DNA from: Candidatus Moraniibacteriota bacterium
GTDB taxonomy: Bacteria; Patescibacteriota; Minisyncoccia; Moranbacterales; UBA1568
Reading direction: 5' to 3'
Assembly: GCA_018499985.2 (NCBI GenBank)
Contig: JAHBAT020000005.1
Coordinates: 15,805 to 79,804, forward strand
DNA length: 64,000 nucleotides
In this document: positions 54,836-60,953 of the stretch, in pieces
Layout of the letters: each line of letters starts with the position of its first letter
Numbering within the stretch: the stretch's first letter is position 1
Translations under genes and position numbers: made by a program
Notes under the pieces: generated by a model
Seen by the model: only the letters and a program-made list of their open reading frames with translations
The model's database searches: none
What the model was told of the DNA's origin: nothing

Positions 54836-55762
54836 CTACTTAAGATACTTTTTATAACCCTGTTTAGCTAAAAACATTGCGTAATCTATATCTTCCTCGG
54901 TGGTAATCACAATATCTGTAAGATGTTGATTGTAATGCTTGAAACTATTTAATCTATACAAAGCTTTTTTTTCTGGATCTTTGAGATCACTTGGTTGCGT
55001 TCTAGAAATAACCAGCACAATTTTAGTTTTGTAAGTATGAATCGCAAAAAGATTTGCGGTACCAATACGATATCCAATGTACGGTTTAGGATTTGGATTT
55101 TCTTCAATTCTTGGATCAAGGGCAAGTATCTTTTGGCTCACTATCTCATAGAGCTCTCGAGATTTTTCCCAATCAGACTTAAAGTGATCATCAACTGAAT
55201 TCCTTTTTATCTCTTTAGAAACTTTTGCAATTTCTTTATTCTTTGTTACTTTATTAATTGACTCGCTATTGCCAGAGGCCTCTACCTGATTATAAAGAAT
55301 CATGCCATTATCAAACTTCTTTACTTTCCAAAGTTCAATCGGAAGATCCTTGAAATTAACTGCTACCACCTGATGGGTAGTAAATGAACTCGCCAAAAAA
55401 AGCACTCTCGACTGAGACCAGTTGATTGATTTTCTATCAAGCACTTTTCCTGTTTTTTCGTTGTATTCCAAAATAAAAGCCGCTTCATTGTTGAGCATAA
55501 GTGAAAGATATGCGAACCCCTGATCAATAATACTAAAGCTTCTATCTCGCTTGTACTCAATAATGACGAAAGAATTTGTCTCTTTATCAAAAGCGAGTGT
55601 ATCAATTCTTAAATTTTGTAATTGAAACTCAGTAGCAATAAATTGCAATCCAAAGACAGCCTCTAAATTTTTCTCTGTCAAAACCTGTAAATCTCTTTCA
55701 AGATCTATCTTTAATTCCTGAATAGGAATAAGTTTATCTTTTTTTTGTTTGAATATAGCCAT
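54836..55762 (-). CDS. PD-(D/E)XK (NucS/DUF91-like) N-domain plus DUF5655-like C-domain protein, first gene of the R-M operon
   Basis: RIDTLAFDKETNSFVIIEYKRD...QGFAYL fits D-x(n)-ExK plus QxxxY. The C-half (PKPYIGYRIG.NLFAIH...KIVLVI) resembles DUF5655. Its stop is 3 nt from the mod start. Confidence 0.55.
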   Translation of the reverse strand: MAIFKQKKDKLIPIQELKIDLERDLQVLTEKNLEAVFGLQFIATEFQLQNLRIDTLAFDKETNSFVIIEYKRDRSFSIIDQGFAYLSLMLNNEAAFILEYNEKTGKVLDRKSINWSQSRVLFLASSFTTHQVVAVNFKDLPIELWKVKKFDNGMILYNQVEASGNSESINKVTKNKEIAKVSKEIKRNSVDDHFKSDWEKSRELYEIVSQKILALDPRIEENPNPKPYIGYRIGTANLFAIHTYKTKIVLVISRTQPSDLKDPEKKALYRLNSFKHYNQHLTDIVITTEEDIDYAMFLAKQGYKKYLK

Positions 55763-55786
55763 TTCTGCGAAGTAAATAGTACTCTT

Positions 55787-55815
55787 ATTCTACCCTTTTC
55801 CCTCTACAAAAGCAA
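55787..55815 (-). promoter_or_regulatory. promoter of the 54836-mod-res operon
   Basis: Minus strand TTGCTT (55815-55810), 17-nt spacer, TAGAAT (55792-55787). Embedded in the 17-nt repeat CACTTTTTGCTTTTGTA. Confidence 0.5.
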
Positions 55816-55835
55816 AAAGTGGTCCACTAGACCAC
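55808..55835 (-). terminator. hairpin plus T-run downstream of the DUF3800 gene, overlapping the next promoter
   Basis: GTGGTC-N5-GACCAC (55819-55835), followed on the minus strand by TTTTTGCTTTTG. Confidence 0.4.
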
Positions 55836-55949
55836 ATTGACAATTTATACTAATTTATGGTACCATTCAGACACAAATGAAGCCGGCTCTGAACTGTCAC
55901 CGTATGGTGCGCGTACCTAGGACATCTAGGATAGGAGTCGGTTTTAATT

Positions 55950-56594
55950 TTATCCAAAATACCAAATATCCTCTATTTTTGGTTGGATAATCTCTAGATA
56001 CTCTTTATGGTCAGTTTTTGCATCCTGAGTAGACCTTAAAATAGCCCCAGCTACCAAATCTGCTAGCTGGATAAGAACATCTGAGTGAGAATGTACAAAT
56101 CTTACTTTTGCTATTTTTGATGATTTTTTGTTTACTTCTCGCTTGAAGTACATGGTCGCAGACTTCTTGTAAGCTCTACCCGAATGTCCATCCAACTTTA
56201 TACTTGCATGATTCAAAGTTGTCGTTTTTTCTAAAACCTCTTTGATAGCGTAGTTATAAAATGAGTCTTGTTTGTTTTTTAACTCATGACTATATATTTT
56301 TCTCTTATCAATACAAATAGCCCGTACGCGAAAAGTAGCTGATTTTACTCTTTCTAAAAGCTCTTTAATCAACTTCTTATTGGTTTTATTAAACTTAAAT
56401 TCTCGCTGATCCGGCCAGCTAAGTTCGCGTCTATATTTTTTAATAATCAAAGCCGCTTCTTCTGCGTCCAGCGAATCATCAAAAATAATACATGCTATCA
56501 CAAAATGACTACTTGAACCTTGCTCAATCTTAAATCCCGGATCACCTGAGTCATCTATAAAAACAAGTTGTCTTTTTTGTTGCGGGATATTCAT
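55950..56594 (-). CDS. DUF3800 family protein
   Basis: 214 aa. The N-terminal LVFIDDSGDPGF motif is typical of DUF3800. Confidence 0.7.
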   Translation of the reverse strand: MNIPQQKRQLVFIDDSGDPGFKIEQGSSSHFVIACIIFDDSLDAEEAALIIKKYRRELSWPDQREFKFNKTNKKLIKELLERVKSATFRVRAICIDKRKIYSHELKNKQDSFYNYAIKEVLEKTTTLNHASIKLDGHSGRAYKKSATMYFKREVNKKSSKIAKVRFVHSHSDVLIQLADLVAGAILRSTQDAKTDHKEYLEIIQPKIEDIWYFG

Positions 56595-56601
56595 GCTGAT
56601 T

Positions 56602-56630
56602 ATTTTACTCTCCGTTTTTTACAAAAGCAA
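56602..56630 (-). promoter_or_regulatory. promoter of the DUF3800 gene
   Basis: Minus strand TTGCTT (56630-56625), 17-nt spacer, TAAAAT (56607-56602). Same 17-nt element as at 55805-55821. Confidence 0.5.
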
Positions 56631-56646
56631 AAAGTGTACTTTTGGA

Positions 56647-56685
56647 TAAAAGAAAAAGAGGCGGCCTTTGGTTAAAGACCACCTC
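56647..56685 (-). terminator. intrinsic terminator of the TPM-domain gene
   Basis: Minus strand GAGGTGGTC-N10-GGCCGCCTC (7 Watson-Crick plus 2 GU pairs), followed by TTTTTCTTTT. Confidence 0.55.
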
Positions 56686-56714
56686 CCTTAGTTTTCACAC
56701 TGCTCGTGAAGGAG

Positions 56715-58745
56715 CTACCAGCGACCGCTGGCACCACCCCCACCAGAGTCTCCACCGCCGAAGCCACCGAAGCCTCCGCTATCGTCATCATCGTCATCGG
56801 AGCGACCACTGCCCGATGAAATGATTGTCGATTCACGACTTTCTTCTGCATCGCGACGAGCTTTGTCGCGACGCCTTTGCTCTGCCTGCTCACGCACACG
56901 CTCAGCTGATTGGATGTCCCGCTCAGCATCTACCTGCGCTTGTCTGGCCAGTCTCGCCGCTTCTTCGAGGAGAATCACCGACCCGATCCAGTCCGGCTTG
57001 GGCTGATGAGCCGATTCTACTGCCTTGACCTTGGTACTCATAGCTTGCCCGAAGGTGTTTCGAGCGGCCATGCCGACGTCCTGGCTTTCCAGTACTCTCG
57101 TGGCACTCCGGATAGCAGTGCCCGCCTGACCCAGTGCTTTTTCGTAGCCACCAGACCTAGCGTGATCGTACTGTTCGGCTACTGCTTGGATTTGGCTGTA
57201 CGCTACCTCTACGCTTGTCACCGACTCCTCAAGCACTCTGAGGCTTCTGATGAGCCCTTGCTGTTTGCTTGCCTGGAGTTTGGCATCGATTGGTATTGCT
57301 CGAAATGCCGTGCGGAGGTCCTTGGCTTGCAGGGCCCTTTGCCAGTGCAGCTCTACTTCATGAGCCTGCTCTTCTGGCAGCCCTTCCCGCAGTCGTGTCG
57401 CCACGCTCTGGAAAGCTGCATAGCGATCCTCGCATGCCTCGATTCGCCCCTTCAAATCATCGTGGAGCTCTTCGATACTGGACAAACGAGTCGATACAGC
57501 ATTTAACTTATCGCCCAGCTCCGTGATGGTAGCTTGCAGGGTCTCGGCCAAGCCGATAATCTGCTCACTCTCATCGTCTTGGCCTTCCACGCGGTTGGCC
57601 AAAAGTGCCTTGAGTGTACGGAGCTTGGCTTCGATGTCTTCCTCAATCCCCTTCTTGTAAATGGATGGGAACTTGAGGCCCTTTTTCGAAAGCGAATCCG
57701 CAAAATACTTGAGTGCGGTCACGGCTTCGGATGTGCGGACCACTTGGTCGGCCGCTTGCGCACGTACTTCTTCGATTTTACTTGGGATTGCTCCCAGAGC
57801 ACTTTCATGCTCCTCGTACTTGGCTTGCGCTTCTTCTGCCTGGCCCACCTTCGCAGCCTTGAGCTTGAGATCCTCTTCTGAGCGATCACGTTGCTTTTGG
57901 GCTGCGTAAATATGTTCATGCAGATGATGTATGGCTTCCGCCAAACCCGCTTCATGCTGGAGGATTTCCCTTTGGATCCACCTGGGCACTGCATCGAGCG
58001 ACGTGCTCACATGCAGTACCGACTCAGATGTCTTCTTCCGGTAGAAATCCGCGAGAGAGACCAGGCGCACCCGCAGGGACTTGCGAAGACGCCGGCGCGC
58101 TTGCCATTGCCTCCATTTTCTCCGGATATAGAAAACACCGAAGATACTTCCTCCGAGAGAGAGGATGCCAGCCAAGAAATTGCCGACATGCTCCCAAAAC
58201 ATCGCTTTGCGCGCTGCAGCATTTTTGGCTTGACGTGCTGCTTCGTTGTTTTTGGCCACGATATACGCTTGGCGCTGCTTTGGAGTAAGTCTCCCGATAC
58301 GCTGGATCAGACCATCGGTCAGATGATCAAGTCCACCGGCGTAATCGCTTTGCCGAAAAGCATCTGGCAAGTTGTCTCGCCCGAGCCGTCCAGCTTCGGC
58401 ATCGGTCACGAAAGGTTCGAGACCGTAGCCGACTTCGATACGATAGCTATGTTCGGCAGGAGCCACCACGACCATGAGGCCGTTGTTGTTTTCCGCCTTG
58501 CCGATACCCCACTCGCGAAACAAGCGGTTGGTCCAGCCTTCGATATCCTCACCATTGAGGGAAGGTGTGGTGACGACGGCAATTTCTACCGTCGTTTGCT
58601 GCTCAAATTGTCCGAGCTTCTGCTCGAGTGCTGCCTCACGATCATCTGGGATGACATTGGCAAAATCATTGACCCAGCCAGTGGACTGGAGTGGCGCTGC
58701 CCCCATAAGGGCTATTGCCATCAAAGGAAGTGCTCTACGACGCAT
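56715..58745 (-). CDS. TPM-domain protein with long coiled-coil region and Gly-rich C-terminus (GC-rich cassette 5)
   Basis: Start at ATG 58745 (MRRRALPLMAIALMGAAPLQ signal). TPM domain: VNDFANVI...VEIAVVTTPSLNG...NNGLMVVVA...RIEVGYGLE. Then a TM, about 400 aa of Ala/Glu/Arg-rich helix and the tail GGFGGFGGGDSGGGGASGRW. Confidence 0.75.
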   Translation of the reverse strand: MRRRALPLMAIALMGAAPLQSTGWVNDFANVIPDDREAALEQKLGQFEQQTTVEIAVVTTPSLNGEDIEGWTNRLFREWGIGKAENNNGLMVVVAPAEHSYRIEVGYGLEPFVTDAEAGRLGRDNLPDAFRQSDYAGGLDHLTDGLIQRIGRLTPKQRQAYIVAKNNEAARQAKNAAARKAMFWEHVGNFLAGILSLGGSIFGVFYIRRKWRQWQARRRLRKSLRVRLVSLADFYRKKTSESVLHVSTSLDAVPRWIQREILQHEAGLAEAIHHLHEHIYAAQKQRDRSEEDLKLKAAKVGQAEEAQAKYEEHESALGAIPSKIEEVRAQAADQVVRTSEAVTALKYFADSLSKKGLKFPSIYKKGIEEDIEAKLRTLKALLANRVEGQDDESEQIIGLAETLQATITELGDKLNAVSTRLSSIEELHDDLKGRIEACEDRYAAFQSVATRLREGLPEEQAHEVELHWQRALQAKDLRTAFRAIPIDAKLQASKQQGLIRSLRVLEESVTSVEVAYSQIQAVAEQYDHARSGGYEKALGQAGTAIRSATRVLESQDVGMAARNTFGQAMSTKVKAVESAHQPKPDWIGSVILLEEAARLARQAQVDAERDIQSAERVREQAEQRRRDKARRDAEESRESTIISSGSGRSDDDDDDSGGFGGFGGGDSGGGGASGRW

Positions 58746-58814
58746 GGTAATTCCCCTTCGTTTCAATTGGAAATGTGCTGTGGAAAACTATGCTCGGTCT
58801 TTGCCGAACGTAGA

Positions 58815-58843
58815 AAAGTACCATTTTTTGGCTTGATTGTCAA
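58815..58843 (-). promoter_or_regulatory. promoter candidate of the TPM-domain gene
   Basis: Minus strand TTGACA (58843-58838), 17-nt spacer, TACTTT (58820-58815) preceded by TGg. GAAGGGGA RBS. Confidence 0.45.
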
Positions 58844-58875
58844 TAATTTCAGGATTTAAGCAAATTCTTTGTCTA

Positions 58876-58904
58876 TTGACTTTTTGAGAAAAAATGATAC
58901 ACTA
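58876..58904 (+). promoter_or_regulatory. promoter of paralog B
   Basis: TTGACT (58876-58881), 16-nt spacer, TACACT (58898-58903) preceded by TGa. AGGAG RBS (58923-58927) before GTG 58935. Confidence 0.5.
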
Positions 58905-58934
58905 TTGCAGCCACTTTCAATCAGGAGATCAGAC

Positions 58935-59423
58935 GTGCGACTTACCGTAGGTATCGGAGCTTTGCTCCTTGGTGCAGCTGCGCTTAGCTACATCCAAAAC
59001 AGCTTTGCCTGGATGCAACCAGGAAGCAACCTTGGTCCTTTTGAAGGCCGTATCGGAGGTATCACTTCCGAGCTTCGCCAAGACAACTTTGCCCTTGAAG
59101 CCAATATCCGGCGCTTTGTCGCCTGTGGCTCCGACTGCACCACTCAGGACGATATCTTCGCTGAACGCGAAAGGATTATCCGCGAGTCTTGGCCCGCTGT
59201 CTTTGACCGTCTCATGGTCGAGACTGACTGGGGCACCTATAGCGATACTGCGTCTGATCATGCCCACTTCAAGGGAGCTCTCGCTCTCTATGGACGTGAC
59301 CAGCTCCGCAATCGCTGTACCCCTGTCATACACTACCTCTGGTGGAATGGAGGCAGGACGCCTGAGGTCAAGAGCAATGGCGAATACCAATGCTCTTTCC
59401 CTCCCACTCGTCGGCAGTCCTAA
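58935..59423 (+). CDS. membrane-anchored four-Cys protein, paralog B (cassette 5)
   Basis: 162 aa from GTG 58935 (RLTVGIGALLLGAAALSYI TM). Aligns with the 38345 gene through WPAVFDRL, DWG, YG, RCTP and CSFPPTRRQ. Confidence 0.6.
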   Translation: MRLTVGIGALLLGAAALSYIQNSFAWMQPGSNLGPFEGRIGGITSELRQDNFALEANIRRFVACGSDCTTQDDIFAERERIIRESWPAVFDRLMVETDWGTYSDTASDHAHFKGALALYGRDQLRNRCTPVIHYLWWNGGRTPEVKSNGEYQCSFPPTRRQS

Positions 59424-59447
59424 CATCTGGTCCGACTTGAGAAACAT

Positions 59448-59486
59448 GAGCCACCTTCTGCAACGCAGCGGGTGGCTCTTTTCTTT
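59448..59486 (+). terminator. intrinsic terminator of paralog B
   Basis: GAGCCACC (59448-59455) pairs with GGTGGCTC (59471-59478), followed by TTTTCTTT. Confidence 0.55.
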
Positions 59487-59490
59487 GTAT

Positions 59491-59532
59491 TAAAAATGAA
59501 AAGGGCGGGTATGTCTGTCGACACCCCGCCCC
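59491..59532 (-). terminator. intrinsic terminator of the 59559 gene
   Basis: GGGCGGG (59503-59509) pairs with CCCGCCC (59525-59531). On the minus strand it is followed by CTTTTCATTTTTA. Confidence 0.55.
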
Positions 59533-59558
59533 AAAGTTTCTCTTGAGAGGAGTCTTCT

Positions 59559-60452
59559 CTACTCCTTCAAGAGCTCTCGTATTCTCAGAAGCGCCCTCGC
59601 CGCATCCGCAGTAGCTGCCTGCTTCGGATTGCCCTGAGACAATACCTCGAGCTCAGCCAGCTTGGTCTGAAATTTCTCCAGAGCCATCACGCGTTCACGG
59701 TTGGCAGTTATCAGGGCCAGTGCTTCCGGGTTGAAATAATATTCGACCTCCTTGATTACCCGAAGCATATTGTGCGGCCGCATAGCCTTGTGCACCGCCG
59801 AGACACGACGCCGTTCTGGGACATCGTAGTAATCCATGGCGATATCCGTCAACACCGACTTGGGAACACAATTACGATCATCGGTATAGCCGTAGAGAAA
59901 CACCAAGCAACAAGCTATCCCCACAGGGTCTCGCTCGAGCACAGTGCCACCCTTTTGAAACAAGGGGTTGCCGCTCTCTGGTGGAAGGTGTTTCACTACT
60001 GGCTCTCGCTGCTTCTTCTCCTGCTTCTCCCTTACCACCTTGGGCAACGCTTCCTCGATATCATCATCCAGTATTGATGACAGAATCTCTCCCGCCAAGG
60101 CACGAGTCAGGCGATTATAGATGCCTGCCGTGTCTTTTTGATGAAACGAGATGGTCCAGATATCTTTCTGCCGACTGGCACCATATTCCGCCTGGAATTC
60201 GATGATGAAGTCTGAGGCTCGCCCCAAGGTGATGCCGTCAGTACCGCTACCAGCGATACGACGGCCAGCCTGCTTGGCTTCAAATGTACCTCGCAGACCT
60301 GCATGGTACATCAAATCCTGCAGCTCAAACTCGAACTGATAGATCAGGTCTTCTGGCCGCCAGTACTGCTGATAGCCTGAAGATGTAATCAGCCGGACAG
60401 AGACCCTGTCACGGCTACTCGGGGATTTCCCCTGAGATACTTGTGTAGCCAT
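59559..60452 (-). CDS. hypothetical protein (cassette 5, X4)
   Basis: 297 aa from ATG 60452 (MATQVSQGK...), preceded by an AAAGGAGAG RBS. Two globular-looking halves are joined by a charged linker. No motif recognised. Confidence 0.55.
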   Translation of the reverse strand: MATQVSQGKSPSSRDRVSVRLITSSGYQQYWRPEDLIYQFEFELQDLMYHAGLRGTFEAKQAGRRIAGSGTDGITLGRASDFIIEFQAEYGASRQKDIWTISFHQKDTAGIYNRLTRALAGEILSSILDDDIEEALPKVVREKQEKKQREPVVKHLPPESGNPLFQKGGTVLERDPVGIACCLVFLYGYTDDRNCVPKSVLTDIAMDYYDVPERRRVSAVHKAMRPHNMLRVIKEVEYYFNPEALALITANRERVMALEKFQTKLAELEVLSQGNPKQAATADAARALLRIRELLKE

Positions 60453-60515
60453 GGTGGCTCTCCTTTGTATTTTGGTAAAAAACAAACGAGATGGTTTCCC
60501 TCCTCGCTTGCCTCC

Positions 60516-60544
60516 ACCCTAAAGCAAAAAATGGCTTTAGTCAA
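60516..60544 (-). promoter_or_regulatory. promoter candidate of X4
   Basis: Minus strand TTGACT (60544-60539), 17-nt spacer, TAGGGT (60521-60516). Confidence 0.4.
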
Positions 60545-60562
60545 GGGTAAAAATGACTTTAA

Positions 60563-60949
60563 TTATTTCTTTTTTAACAGTAAGTATGCGCAAGAAAAAA
60601 GAGTGTATCCGACACAAAGTACTAGCCCAAGCATGCCTTTGGTAAAACCAGCAATCTCATCCCCTACTGACCAAGGCATAAGAATAATAATAATCAAATA
60701 CGCTGGAATAAAATACTGCGTAATTTTTTTCCACGCACTAAAGGTTGTATCTGAAACCTTGAGTGATATGAGAGATGAAATTAAAAGAGCTGGACTTAAT
60801 AATAGAATCACCATTAATAAATTATAACTTTCCCAACAAGTAATATCTCGTGGACCGCAGAAATTAGACTTTATTATTTCCTCTAAAAGAATAAGTACTG
60901 AAAATATAACGGTTGCAAAAACACTACAATATAAAAATTTTTTCTTCAT
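60563..60949 (-). CDS. hypothetical polytopic membrane protein
   Basis: 128 aa with four hydrophobic segments. Starts 5 nt after the stop of the large upstream gene. Confidence 0.5.
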   Translation of the reverse strand: MKKKFLYCSVFATVIFSVLILLEEIIKSNFCGPRDITCWESYNLLMVILLLSPALLISSLISLKVSDTTFSAWKKITQYFIPAYLIIIILMPWSVGDEIAGFTKGMLGLVLCVGYTLFSCAYLLLKKK

Positions 60950-60953
60950 AGTA

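Noticed and set aside
56910-58859. Several long plus-strand ORFs (56910-57506, 57534-57881, 57891-58859 and others) opposite the TPM-domain gene
   Set aside because: The minus-strand frame contains a clear TPM domain, a signal peptide and the family-typical Gly-rich tail. The plus-strand ORFs are GC-rich antisense artefacts.
36510-58934. N-terminal extensions in the ORF track beginning at TTG (36510, 38273, 58869) or upstream ATG/TTG (38099, 58766, 60485)
   Set aside because: The TTG codons are the first three bases of TTGAC -35 hexamers. Downstream ATG/GTG codons have proper AGGAG-type RBS spacing, so the shorter starts were used.
58929-59493. ORFs 58929-59447 (-) and 58969-59493 (+) overlapping paralog B
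   Set aside because: Only the 58935-59423 frame aligns with paralog A.
19451-60544. GC-rich cassettes as integron gene cassettes (attC sites)
   Set aside because: Each cassette carries its own promoter. Orientations alternate. No RYYYAAC/GTTRRRY core-site pair and no intI gene is visible. The hairpins look like terminators rather than attC bottom-strand structures.
19451-60544. GC-rich segments as chimeric metagenome assembly
   Set aside because: There are five separate short segments. Each is embedded between intact backbone genes with promoters and terminators at the junctions, and several share sequence elements. A mis-join would not produce this pattern. It still needs read-level confirmation.
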